Origin: Mycolicibacterium smegmatis
GTDB taxonomy: Bacteria > Actinomycetota > Actinomycetes > Mycobacteriales > Mycobacteriaceae
Assembly (NCBI RefSeq): GCF_001457595.1
Contig: NZ_LN831039.1
Location: forward strand, 4,500,001 to 4,532,000
DNA: 32,000 nucleotides
Direction of reading: 5' to 3'
In this document: positions 18,283-27,382 of the stretch, in pieces
Layout: each line of letters begins with the position of its first letter
Position numbering within the stretch: the first letter of the stretch is position 1
Made by a program: the position numbers and the translations under genes
The notes under the pieces: generated by a model
Told to the model about the DNA's origin: nothing
Database searches by the model: none
Seen by the model: the letters and a program-made list of their open reading frames with translations, nothing else

Positions 18283-19091
18283 TCCGCCACTCTCCTCCGA
18301 TCCGACTGCTACTCGCCGACGTCGACGGCACCCTGGTGACGCACGACAAGGTCCTCACGCATCGCACCCTCGCCGCGGTCGCCAAGCTGCGGGAGGCCGG
18401 GATACTGTTCGCCGTCACCAGCGGCCGTCCGCCGCGCGGCATGTCGAAGCTCATCGAACCACTCGGACTGACAACGCCGCTCGCTGCGTTCAACGGCGGG
18501 CTGTTCGTGCGGCCGGATCTGTCGGTCATCGAACGACGCATGATTTCGGATGACGTGACAGCGGCGGTGATCGAGCAACTCGACACCGACGGGCTGACCG
18601 TATGGGTCTACCGGGGCGCGGACTGGCTGGTGCCCGATCCCCATGGGCCTCATGTGGCGCGGGAGGCCCGGACCGTCGGGTTCGGCCCGACACCGATCGA
18701 GAGCTACCCGCCGATCTCACGCGGTGTGTCCAAAATTGTTGGCGTCAGCGATGATCACGACGCGGTACGCAAGGCGGCAGCCCGGTTGCGCGAGCGCTTC
18801 GCAGACCACGTGTCGGCGGCGACATCACAACCGTACTACGTCGACGTCACCCATCCCGACGCGAACAAGGGCGCTGTGGTCTCTTTCTTGTCCGCCGCCT
18901 ACGACATCGCCACGGAGTCGATCGCCACGATCGGCGACATGGCGAACGACGTGGCGATGTTCCGGAAATCGGGGCTCAGCATCGCGATGGGAAACGCCGG
19001 CGACGAGGTCAGACGGGCCGCCCGTTGTGTCACCGCCTCGAACGCAGACGACGGGTTCGCCGACGCCGTCGAGCGGTTCGTCCTGCCGTAG
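18279..19091 (+). CDS. Cof-type HAD-superfamily hydrolase
   Basis: LLLADVDGTLVTHDK, FAVTSGRPPRGM, NKGAVVSFL, IGDMANDVAMFRKSGLSIAMGNA; ATGA overlap with upstream gene. Confidence 0.94.
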   Translation: MIRHSPPIRLLLADVDGTLVTHDKVLTHRTLAAVAKLREAGILFAVTSGRPPRGMSKLIEPLGLTTPLAAFNGGLFVRPDLSVIERRMISDDVTAAVIEQLDTDGLTVWVYRGADWLVPDPHGPHVAREARTVGFGPTPIESYPPISRGVSKIVGVSDDHDAVRKAAARLRERFADHVSAATSQPYYVDVTHPDANKGAVVSFLSAAYDIATESIATIGDMANDVAMFRKSGLSIAMGNAGDEVRRAARCVTASNADDGFADAVERFVLP

Positions 19092-19124
19092 CGGCGCCCG
19101 CTGGGGAATCGATCCGGTGACCCG

Positions 19125-19760
19125 CTACGACGAATCCAGCTGTTCGTTCTTGATGCCGGCGATGACAGCCGCGTCGGAGGCGACGACCTGGGTGGCGGTA
19201 TGCAGCACCGCACGCACGTCGTCGGCGGGAATGACCGCGGCCCCGGAGGTGTCGGCGAAAATGTAGTCGCCGGGAAAAACCGCCACCCCGCCGATCACGA
19301 CCGGATGGTTCGCCTCGAAGGGGGTGACAGTGTCGCCGCCCCACCGTGTTGTTTCGCCACGACAATAGACAGCCAGGTCGTACTGCTCGAGTTCGGCGAA
19401 ATCGCGCAGCCGACCATCGGCGAGTACGCCGGCGAGCCGGTGGTTTTCGGCACGCGAGAGCTTTGTTCCGCCACCCAACGAGACTTCGGTGAAACCGTTG
19501 CTCGCCAACACCAGAACGCAACCCTCACCGCCGCGCTCGATGGCCTGGTAGAACAACCGCCTGAAGTTGTGACAATCGGGCGGCAGGGCGGCCGAACAGG
19601 CAGGAAAGTAACTGATGGTCACCGCGGGCCCGAAGAGCCGGCGTCCGGGGGTCGGACTCACCAGGTCGAGAAGATGGCAGCGATGCCGATGCAGTCGCCC
19701 CATCGCATCGACGATGTCGGCCGTACGCACCCGGCCGGCGAGCAACTCAAGGGGCTCCAT
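19125..19760 (-). CDS. RraA family protein (4-hydroxy-4-methyl-2-oxoglutarate aldolase/RraA-like)
   Basis: TADIVDAMGRL, RRLFGPAVTI, LAGVLADGRLRDFAELEQYDLAVYCRG, GVAVFPGDYIFADTSGAAVIPAD. Confidence 0.88.
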   Translation of the reverse strand: MEPLELLAGRVRTADIVDAMGRLHRHRCHLLDLVSPTPGRRLFGPAVTISYFPACSAALPPDCHNFRRLFYQAIERGGEGCVLVLASNGFTEVSLGGGTKLSRAENHRLAGVLADGRLRDFAELEQYDLAVYCRGETTRWGGDTVTPFEANHPVVIGGVAVFPGDYIFADTSGAAVIPADDVRAVLHTATQVVASDAAVIAGIKNEQLDSS

Positions 19761-21709
19761 CAGGCCGTCAGCGTCTCGTCGTCGTCGGATCGGCCGTCGT
19801 CGGATCGGCCGTCGTCGGATCGGCCGTCGTCGGCCTGCAACAGGTGTCGCGCAGCCTTGTCGATACTTGCCGCGTCTATCGCGGCATCCGCGAGCAGTTC
19901 GGCAGGAGTTCCCGAGCCCGGCATGGCGCGAACGGCCAGGTGCATCAGCTTCAGACGCGGTGTTTCCGCACCCGAGATGGCCTCGAGCACGGCCGAGCCG
20001 AGTCCACCCTCGGGGTGATGGTCCTCGGCGATGACCAATCGTGCACCGGTGTCGCGCACAGCTTCGAGCAGCGTGTCCCGGTCGATCGGCTTGACGGAGT
20101 AGACATCGATGACGCGGGCCGCGATCCCGTCGCGGTGCAGCGATTCGGCGGCGGCCAGGCATTGGTGGACGGTGACACCGGCACCGATCAGGGTGACGTC
20201 GTCGGCGCTGCTGGACCGCAGCGTGTGGGAGCCGCCGATGGTGAACACGGTGGCCGGCTCGTAGAGGACCGGGTAGGCACCACGGGTGGTCCTCAGATAA
20301 CGGACCCCATCGGCATCCGCCATCAGGTCGACCAGCGCGACCGTACTTGTCGCGTCGCTGGGATAGAGGACGGTCGCGCCGTGGACGGACCGCATCATCG
20401 CCAGGTCTTCCAGCGCCATCTGAGAGGGTCCGTCGGCACCGATCTCGACGCCGGCATGGGACCCGATCAGGCAGATGTTCGCCTGTGAGACGGCCGCCAT
20501 GCGGATGAAGTCATGCGCCCGGGTCAAAAACGCGGCAAAGGTCGATGCGAACGGAATGTAGTGGCGGACATGGAGACCGACGGAAGAGGCAACGAGTTGT
20601 TGCTCGGCGATGAACATTTCGAAGTATCGCTCGGGGTGGTGCTCGGTGAACTCTGCGGCGCCGGTGGAGTTGCTGACTTCGCCGTCGAGCGCCACCACCC
20701 GGCGATTGACCGCGCCCAGTGCGGCCACCGCGGCTCCGTATGCCGCCCGGGTGGCGACCTTCTCACCCGGTGCGTAACGCGGCCGGTCCGAGAACCCATC
20801 CGGATTGCCCGCCCCGGGCGCCGACGATTGACCGGAGCGTGACGCCGGTTTCGGTCCCGCGACGGTCAGACCCTCGACCTCGCCGAGCTCGGCCAGTGCG
20901 CGCCGCGCCATTTCGGGCGGGAAAGCCTTGCCATGCCAACCCTCTCGGTCCTCGACTTCGCTGAAACCGCGACCCTTGACGGTTCTCGCGAGGATCACCG
21001 TCGGCTGCGTTGTGTTACGCGCGGCGGTGAGCGCCTGGTCGATGGCCTCCAGGCGATGGCCGTCGACGGAGATCGCCCGCGCACCGAAAGCTTCCACGCG
21101 TTTGGCGTAGGTCTCCAGATCCCAACCGAACTCGGTGGGTCCGCGCTGGCCCAACCGGTTGACATCGACGATGACGGTGAAGTTCGAAAGGCCGTAATAG
21201 CCGGCCTTGTCCAGTGCCTCCCAGACCGACCCCTCGGCCATCTCACTGTCGCCGCACAGCGTCCACACGTGAAATCCAGACCTGTCGAGGAACTTGCCCG
21301 CGAGCGCGACGCCGACCCCGATGGCGATCCCCTGTCCCAGTGAGCCGCTGGCAACGTCGACCCACGGCAACACAGGCGTGGGGTGGCCTTGCAGGCGTGA
21401 GCCGAAGCGGCGGTAGCCGGTCATCAGTTCCGTGTCGGTGATGACACCGACGGCTTTGAACGCGGCGTACAACAGCGGCGAGGCATGCCCTTTGGACAGG
21501 ATGAAGTGGTCGTTGTCAGGGTGATCCGGGCGCTCCCAGTCATAGCTGAGGTGGCGAGCGAGCAGAACCGCCGTCAGATCGGCGGCCGACATGCTCGAAG
21601 TCGGATGTCCGGAGCCGGCGGCAGTGCTGGCTCGGATGGCGTCGGCGCGCAGTTGCCGCGCCAGTCGCCCCACCAGCGTGGTGTCGATGCGATCGTTCGA
21701 TTCATTCAA
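19760..21709 (-). CDS. tkt: Transketolase (full-length single-polypeptide form)
   Basis: [70 protein letters not shown]-terminal half with [14 protein letters not shown]; TTG start overlapping the end of ctaD. Confidence 0.93.
   Translation of the reverse strand: MNESNDRIDTTLVGRLARQLRADAIRASTAAGSGHPTSSMSAADLTAVLLARHLSYDWERPDHPDNDHFILSKGHASPLLYAAFKAVGVITDTELMTGYRRFGSRLQGHPTPVLPWVDVASGSLGQGIAIGVGVALAGKFLDRSGFHVWTLCGDSEMAEGSVWEALDKAGYYGLSNFTVIVDVNRLGQRGPTEFGWDLETYAKRVEAFGARAISVDGHRLEAIDQALTAARNTTQPTVILARTVKGRGFSEVEDREGWHGKAFPPEMARRALAELGEVEGLTVAGPKPASRSGQSSAPGAGNPDGFSDRPRYAPGEKVATRAAYGAAVAALGAVNRRVVALDGEVSNSTGAAEFTEHHPERYFEMFIAEQQLVASSVGLHVRHYIPFASTFAAFLTRAHDFIRMAAVSQANICLIGSHAGVEIGADGPSQMALEDLAMMRSVHGATVLYPSDATSTVALVDLMADADGVRYLRTTRGAYPVLYEPATVFTIGGSHTLRSSSADDVTLIGAGVTVHQCLAAAESLHRDGIAARVIDVYSVKPIDRDTLLEAVRDTGARLVIAEDHHPEGGLGSAVLEAISGAETPRLKLMHLAVRAMPGSGTPAELLADAAIDAASIDKAARHLLQADDGRSDDGRSDDGRSDDDETLTA
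19781..19835 (+). repeat. 15-bp tandem repeat (GTCGTCGGATCGGCC x about 3.5) in the 3' end of the transketolase gene
   Basis: Three exact units 19781-19825 plus a partial unit; encodes the repeated SDDGR at the transketolase C-terminus. Confidence 0.95.
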
Positions 21710-23498
21710 CGGGATGGCTCCTCGCCTGTGGTTGTGGAAGCGTCACCGCACCGGGTCCTCCCTGGGTGCGCCCGGGGTGGGACTCGGCACGAAGCCGCTC
21801 GATCATGTGGGGATAGTGCAACTCGAAAGCTGGTCGCTCGGAACGGATTCTGGGCAGCTCGGTGAAGTTGTGCCGCGGCGGCGGGCAGCTGGTGGCCCAC
21901 TCCAGGGAGTTGCCGTAGCCCCACGGATCGTCGACCGTGACGGGCTCGCCGTATCGCCAGCTCTTGAACACGTTCCACACGAACGGCAGCATCGAGACGC
22001 CCAGGATGAACGAACCGATGGTGGAAACGATGTTGAGGGTGGTGAACCCGTCGGTGGGCAGGTAGTCGGCGTATCGGCGTGGCATGCCTTCTGCGCCGAG
22101 CCAGTGGTGCACCAGGAATGTGGTGTGGAATCCGATGAGGGTCAGCCAGAAGTGCAGCTTGCCGAGCCGGTCATCCAGCAGTCGGCCCGTCATCTTCGGA
22201 AACCAGAAGTACACCCCGGCGTACGTTGCGAAGACGATCGTGCCGAACAGCACGTAATGGAAGTGCGCCACGACGAAATAGCTGTCGGTGACGTGGAAGT
22301 CCAGTGGCGGGCTGGCCAGGATCACCCCGGTGAGCCCACCGAGCAGGAACGTCACGAGAAAGCCCACCGAGAACAACATCGGCGTCTCGAACGTCAACTG
22401 GCCCTTCCACATGGTGCCGATCCAGTTGACGAATTTGATCCCGGTCGGCACCGCGATCATGAACGTCATGAAGGAGAAGAACGGCAGCAGCACCGCGCCG
22501 GTGGCGTAGAGGTGGTGGGCCCACACCGCGATCGACAGAGCTCCGATGGAGATGGTGGCGTAGACCAGCGTGGTGTAGCCGAAGACCGGTTTGCGGGAGA
22601 ACACCGGGAAGATCTCGGTGACGATGCCGAAGAAGGGCAACGCGATGATGTAGACCTCGGGATGGCCGAAGAACCAGAACAGGTGCTCCCACAACATGGT
22701 CCCGCCGTTGGCCGAGTCGAAGACGTGTGCGCCCAGATTGCGGTCCGCGGCCAGGCCGAACAGCGCCGAGGTCAGAAGCGGGAAAGCGACCAGCACGATC
22801 ACGCTGGTCACCAGGATGTTCCAGGTGAAGATCGGCATCCGGAACATGATCATGCCCGGTGCGCGCATGCACACCACCGTGGTGATCATGTTGACCGCAC
22901 CGAGGATGGTGCCCAGTCCACCGACGATCAATCCGAAGATCCACAGATCACCACCCGCGCCCGGCGAGTGCATGGCGTTCGACAGCGGGGTGTAGGCGGT
23001 CCACCCGAAGTCGGCGGGCCCACCCGGGGCGAGGAAGCCGCCGAGTGCGATCGACGCACCGAAGAGAAAGAGCCAGAACGACAACGCATTCAGTCGCGGA
23101 AACGCCACATCGGGGGCGCCGATCTGCAGAGGCACCACGAGGTTGGCGAACCCGAACACGATGGGAGTGGCATAGAACAGCAGCATCACCGTGCCGTGCA
23201 TGGTGAACAGCTGGTTGTACTGCTCGTTGGAGAGGAACTGCAGGCCGGGTACCGCCAACTCGGTGCGGAGCAGCAGTGCCATCAATCCGCCGATGAAGAA
23301 GAAGATGAAGCACGCGACGACGTACATCATCCCGATCAACTTGTGGTCGGTTGTGGTCACCAACTTGTACAGCAGCGTCCACCTGGGGCCGAGCCGTTGC
23401 GGAAACGGTCTCCGCGCCAGGAGTTCTCCTGCCGATGGAGCGTGGGTCGTCAACGGTCCGGTTCTCTCCTGTCCGTCGCACGTGCGACGGTCTTCCAC
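21702..23498 (-). CDS. ctaD: Cytochrome c oxidase subunit I (heme-copper oxidase, aa3-type)
   Basis: [102 protein letters not shown]; N-terminal start uncertain. Confidence 0.95.
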   Translation of the reverse strand: MEDRRTCDGQERTGPLTTHAPSAGELLARRPFPQRLGPRWTLLYKLVTTTDHKLIGMMYVVACFIFFFIGGLMALLLRTELAVPGLQFLSNEQYNQLFTMHGTVMLLFYATPIVFGFANLVVPLQIGAPDVAFPRLNALSFWLFLFGASIALGGFLAPGGPADFGWTAYTPLSNAMHSPGAGGDLWIFGLIVGGLGTILGAVNMITTVVCMRAPGMIMFRMPIFTWNILVTSVIVLVAFPLLTSALFGLAADRNLGAHVFDSANGGTMLWEHLFWFFGHPEVYIIALPFFGIVTEIFPVFSRKPVFGYTTLVYATISIGALSIAVWAHHLYATGAVLLPFFSFMTFMIAVPTGIKFVNWIGTMWKGQLTFETPMLFSVGFLVTFLLGGLTGVILASPPLDFHVTDSYFVVAHFHYVLFGTIVFATYAGVYFWFPKMTGRLLDDRLGKLHFWLTLIGFHTTFLVHHWLGAEGMPRRYADYLPTDGFTTLNIVSTIGSFILGVSMLPFVWNVFKSWRYGEPVTVDDPWGYGNSLEWATSCPPPRHNFTELPRIRSERPAFELHYPHMIERLRAESHPGRTQGGPGAVTLPQPQARSHPVE

Positions 23499-23545
23499 CC
23501 GTCGCCGCGCATGCCCTTGTCGAGACTCGATCCTGGCCCGGTACC

Positions 23546-23587
23546 GGATGAGCTGTCTTCACCCAGCCGCACCGATCACCCGGGTGA
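23546..23587 (-). promoter_or_regulatory. 42-bp regulatory module, copy S6 (upstream of ctaD-tkt-rraA)
   Basis: Minus strand: TCACCCGGGTGA-TCGGTGCGGCT-GGGTGAAGAC-AGC-TCATCC; ends 47 bp before the 23498 start. Confidence 0.75.
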
Positions 23588-23615
23588 ACAGTCGCCGCGC
23601 ATGAACTTCCCTCGC

Positions 23616-24221
23616 TCAGGTCCGCGAGGCACAACCCGGTTCCGGCAGATCCAGGTCCGCCTTCCGGAGTCGATACACCTGCAGCGACAACCCGTAGTAC
23701 TTCGTGGTCTCGCCGACCCACTCCATACCGACCCGCCGCGCGGTGGCCACGGCACGACGATTTCCTGGCCGCATGACCGCGAACACCTCGCTGAGGCCGG
23801 CGTTCTCGAAGGCCTGGTGCGCGACGGCATGGCCGGCTTCCGAGCCGTATCCGTGACCCCACATCGCGGGGGCGATCTGCCATCCGATCTCCAGGTCGCT
23901 GCGCCCGGGCGGAAGCGGGAGAAGAGTCACTCCCCCGATCACCTGTCCGGATCGGTGGTCGGTGATTGCCCATCGCCCCAACGGCAATCCCTCGGAGTCG
24001 CTCTCGGCGATCCAGGAGCCCAACACATGTCGCATGTCCTTGCGGTCGACGGCGTTGGGCAGCGCCGGACACAGCCAGCGAGCCACCTCCGGGTCTCCGT
24101 AGATCGCACACGCCGCGACATCATCGTCCAGACGCCACGGCCGCAACATCAGACGGTGTGTGCGGATCTGTCGCGTCACGGGATCGAGTTCGACGTGGCG
24201 TCGATCGCCTGAGGGGTTCAT
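23616..24221 (-). CDS. GNAT family N-acetyltransferase (RimJ/RimL-like)
   Basis: IRTHRLMLRPWRLDDDVAACAIYGDPEVARWL, DLEIGWQIAPAMWGHGYGSEAGHAVAHQAFEN, GNRRAVATARRVGMEWVGE. Confidence 0.92.
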   Translation of the reverse strand: MNPSGDRRHVELDPVTRQIRTHRLMLRPWRLDDDVAACAIYGDPEVARWLCPALPNAVDRKDMRHVLGSWIAESDSEGLPLGRWAITDHRSGQVIGGVTLLPLPPGRSDLEIGWQIAPAMWGHGYGSEAGHAVAHQAFENAGLSEVFAVMRPGNRRAVATARRVGMEWVGETTKYYGLSLQVYRLRKADLDLPEPGCASRT

Positions 24222-24226
24222 CAGTG

Positions 24227-24997
24227 TCAGTTCCGCCCCGCCGTGAATCCTCCGTCGACGTTGAGGATCATTCCCGTGATCCAACTCGACTCGTCGGAGA
24301 GCAGATACCTGATGGCGCCTGCAATGTCGGTCGGAGTACCGACTCGCCCGAGCGGGTGAAGCGGTGCGAACTCGCCGAGTGTGGCATCGATCTCGTCCGT
24401 GGGGAACCACCGCTGAAGAGCCGGGGTTCTCACCGCGGCCGGCGACACCGCGTTGACGCGGATCTTGTGCCGGGCGAGTTCAATGGCCAGATTGTGGGTG
24501 AGCGCGTGCAGGCCGGCCTTCTGCATCGAATGCCCCGTCGAAGGAGTGACGCCGAGCGCCTGATGCGCCCACATGCTGCCGATGTTGACGATGGAACCAC
24601 CATCGCCGCCGGCGATCATGCCGCGCACCACGGTCTGGGTGAGGAAAAACAGCGCATAGTTGAGCTCCATGTACGCGTCGTAGTCCAGTTGCCCGTACTC
24701 GAGAAACGGTTTGGGGATGAAGAATCCGGCCGCATTGACGAGCAACGTGGCGTCTCGGTGTTGCTCGCCGAGCACGCGCTGGATATCGGTGACGGCATCG
24801 CGGTCGGTCAGCTCCGCGGAAATACCCCAGGCGTCGCCACCCCGGTTCACCAGATCGTCCAGGGTCTCGTCGACACGGGCTTTCGAGTGCCCGACGACCA
24901 CCGCGCTGCCACCGTGGTCGACGACGTCGGCGGCGACCCGGCGGCCGATACCGGCGCTGCCGCCGACGACGACCACCTTCTTCCCCTCCAGATGCAT
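24227..24997 (-). CDS. SDR family oxidoreductase (close paralog of 2290-3090)
   Basis: [90 protein letters not shown]. Confidence 0.93.
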   Translation of the reverse strand: MHLEGKKVVVVGGSAGIGRRVAADVVDHGGSAVVVGHSKARVDETLDDLVNRGGDAWGISAELTDRDAVTDIQRVLGEQHRDATLLVNAAGFFIPKPFLEYGQLDYDAYMELNYALFFLTQTVVRGMIAGGDGGSIVNIGSMWAHQALGVTPSTGHSMQKAGLHALTHNLAIELARHKIRVNAVSPAAVRTPALQRWFPTDEIDATLGEFAPLHPLGRVGTPTDIAGAIRYLLSDESSWITGMILNVDGGFTAGRN

Positions 24998-25026
24998 GTT
25001 CGGGCTCCCTCCCTCGGCGGATGTGT

Positions 25027-25935
25027 TCACGAGCGGTGCAACTCGACGTTCTGCGGATGGAAATCCATTGATATGTGGGGCCTCTCGGGATCCAGGTGAA
25101 CGGATTCGAGTTCGCACTTGAGCACCGACGTCGTGGCGTTGTGCGGGTCGCTCGCAGCCAACTCGACCACCAATCGCAGCTGCGTCGATTCGGTCATGCC
25201 ACGTCCCGAGACACGGATCGTGGGCAACTCGCTGAGGATGTCGAGTCGCATCGGTATGACCCGCATGGGGTGGCGAGGTGGATCCGCGCCGTCACCTGCG
25301 GTGTTCTGCGGAGCATCCAGCGCGATACGCCCGGCATCGGCGAGCAGCAGGTCGTTCCCCAACGCCTTGCCCGTCAGGGTGATCGAGATCGAGCCCGCCG
25401 GATGCGAATGCTGCGGATCGTCGACCGTGAGCGTCGCGCTTGCCTGGGCCAACACCAGTTCACGAGTCACCTCGTGCCACCGGTCCCGCAACACATCATC
25501 GACGCTCGGCGTCACCGCGTCACCGGTTTTCGTGACGCGCAGTGGTTCTCGGTAACCGAGCTCTTGCTCGTCGACCCGCTCCAGTAGCGGTAGAGCCGGA
25601 TCGCGCAACATCGTCAGCACGAAGCTGCAGGGAATGTCGGTGCGGAGATTGGTGTCCTGGTAGTGGATCACGTCACCGCCCGGCCCCCAGAACGCGTCCC
25701 CGGCGCGGAGAACACGTGCCGGCTCACCGTCGCGCTCGAAGAGCATCTCCCCGGCGATCATGTAGCCGAATGCCGGACCCCCGGGGAGACGATGCGGCGG
25801 GGCTCCACGGGCGCCGGGCGGATGGTTGACGAGTACGGTGATCACGGCGACCTGGGCAGGTATGTGCGGCGACCGGACTTCCTGGATCACCGTGATCGTC
25901 GAGCCGGATTCGGGATCAGCCCAATCCTGCAGCAT
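25027..25935 (-). CDS. Cupin domain-containing protein
   Basis: PPGARGAPPHRLPGGPAFGYMIAGEMLFERDGEPARVLRAGDAFWGPGGDVIHYQDTNL; start ATG at 25935. Confidence 0.8.
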   Translation of the reverse strand: MLQDWADPESGSTITVIQEVRSPHIPAQVAVITVLVNHPPGARGAPPHRLPGGPAFGYMIAGEMLFERDGEPARVLRAGDAFWGPGGDVIHYQDTNLRTDIPCSFVLTMLRDPALPLLERVDEQELGYREPLRVTKTGDAVTPSVDDVLRDRWHEVTRELVLAQASATLTVDDPQHSHPAGSISITLTGKALGNDLLLADAGRIALDAPQNTAGDGADPPRHPMRVIPMRLDILSELPTIRVSGRGMTESTQLRLVVELAASDPHNATTSVLKCELESVHLDPERPHISMDFHPQNVELHRS

Positions 25936-25964
25936 TGGATTTCCTTCGTCGCGATCGTGAACGC

Positions 25965-26885
25965 TCAATCCTCTGTGACGCGCACGATCGTCTTTCCCGT
26001 GGTGCGCTTCTTTTGGTTGAAGGCGCTGGGCGCGTCGGCGAGCGGCACCACGCGCCCGACGACGGGCTTGAGCCGTCCCGTCCGTACCCGAGCGGCGAGG
26101 TCGGCGAGACGTGCGCTGTCAGGTTCGACGAGGAAGTACAGTGCCCGTCCGTCGCGCGGCTGGGTCTTGGGTGGCTCGGCGAGGGTGACCAGCGTTCCTC
26201 CGGCGCGTACGAGCGCGATCGAACGTTCCATGATCTCTCCGCCGATCACGTCGAACACCACGTCGACCTCCCCGGCGTCTTCGAGCTTGTCATCGTCCAG
26301 GTCGAGGAAAGTGTGGGTGCCCAGCTCGAGAGCCCGATCCCGATCGGCGGCCCGCCCGGTGCCGATGACCCGCGCCCCCACCTCACGAGCGAGCTGCACC
26401 GCAATGGAGCCGACACCACCTGCCGCACCGTGGATCAGCACGGTTTGTCCCGCGACGAGCTGCGCGTGCTCGAACAGGCCCTGCCACGCGGACAACCCCG
26501 AGATCGGCAGCGCCGCGGCCAATGTGTGGTCGACGTCGTAGGGCAACGGTGCGAGGTGACGCGTCTCCACTGCGGCGTACTCGGCCAGGGAGCCGTTGCG
26601 TGCCCAGTCTGCCAATCCGAACACGCGCTGACCGATCGTGAAACGTGTGGTGCCGTATCCCAATTCGACCACAACACCCGACAGTTCGTGTCCGGGCACA
26701 CTGGGTGTGCGGTCGCGTCCCGAGCGCTCGGTCCACGTATCCGGCCAGTCGAGTTCGCCCCGTGTGAACCCCGCGGCGTGCACACGTACGACGACGTCGT
26801 TCTCGGAGACCACGGGATAGGGCAGTTCTGTCAGCGACAGACCGGAGACGCCGGCATCACGATCGGAAACTGTCACAGCCTTCAT
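25965..26885 (-). CDS. NADP-dependent oxidoreductase, quinone reductase/zinc-binding dehydrogenase family
   Basis: MKAVTVSDRDAGVSGLSLTELPYPVVSENDVVVRVHAAGFTRGELDWP, VPGHELSGVVVELG, GQTVLIHGAAGGVGSIAVQLAREVGARVIGTGR. Confidence 0.94.
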   Translation of the reverse strand: MKAVTVSDRDAGVSGLSLTELPYPVVSENDVVVRVHAAGFTRGELDWPDTWTERSGRDRTPSVPGHELSGVVVELGYGTTRFTIGQRVFGLADWARNGSLAEYAAVETRHLAPLPYDVDHTLAAALPISGLSAWQGLFEHAQLVAGQTVLIHGAAGGVGSIAVQLAREVGARVIGTGRAADRDRALELGTHTFLDLDDDKLEDAGEVDVVFDVIGGEIMERSIALVRAGGTLVTLAEPPKTQPRDGRALYFLVEPDSARLADLAARVRTGRLKPVVGRVVPLADAPSAFNQKKRTTGKTIVRVTED

Positions 26886-27166
26886 TGCGCATCCTCCTGA
26901 TAAGGGTTGGGGAGGCCGACCGACTCGCCGTCTCCATTGGCGATGGCACCCGTCGGGCCGGCCGCGGACCATTGCTGAACGCTGACGAGCTCGAGTCCCA
27001 GATCGCGGACGCGGTCGAGCAGTCCGTACAGTTGTGACTGGTCCCGGATCTCGCCGACGAACATCGACTCTGTCGCACCAGCTTCAAGGCGCATCCCCTC
27101 CAACGCGGACCCGAACCGCTCGGTGACGCACCCCCGAATGCAGATCTGGTACATCGTCGGCTGCAT
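26882..27166 (-). CDS. Conserved-looking hypothetical small protein (94 aa)
   Basis: MQPTMYQICIRGCVTERFGSALEGMRLEAGATESMFVGEIRDQSQLYGLLDRVRDLGLELVSVQQ...; ATGA overlap with the downstream oxidoreductase; motif S7 45 bp upstream. Confidence 0.75.
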   Translation of the reverse strand: MQPTMYQICIRGCVTERFGSALEGMRLEAGATESMFVGEIRDQSQLYGLLDRVRDLGLELVSVQQWSAAGPTGAIANGDGESVGLPNPYQEDAQ

Positions 27167-27211
27167 GATGCCCTCCGATCGCCATCTGCCGACCAAGCGT
27201 TCACCGGACAG

Positions 27212-27253
27212 GGGTGAGCAGTCATCACCCCGCATGTGAGATCACCCGGGTGA
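27212..27253 (-). promoter_or_regulatory. 42-bp regulatory module, copy S7
   Basis: Minus strand: TCACCCGGGTGA-TCTCACATGCG-GGGTGATGAC-TGC-TCACCC. Confidence 0.82.
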
Positions 27254-27382
27254 GTGTTGTGTTTTTGCTGAATCTTCTGTGGCCCTTGATGATTACAAGT
27301 CGTACTCTCGGCAGAGTCCGAGTTCCGCGACGGGCGCACCTGGGCCCTCGACAGCGGACACATCGACGGAAAGGTCCGGAAC

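Noticed and set aside
19781-19835. Tandem repeat considered as a CRISPR or iteron array
   Set aside because: Units are 15 bp with no spacers, lie in frame inside the transketolase gene, and have no associated cas or replication genes.
21591-24212. 873-aa ORF on the plus strand
   Set aside because: It is antisense to ctaD, transketolase and the acetyltransferase; Arg/His/Asp-Glu-rich low-complexity translation is typical of spurious long frames in high-GC DNA.
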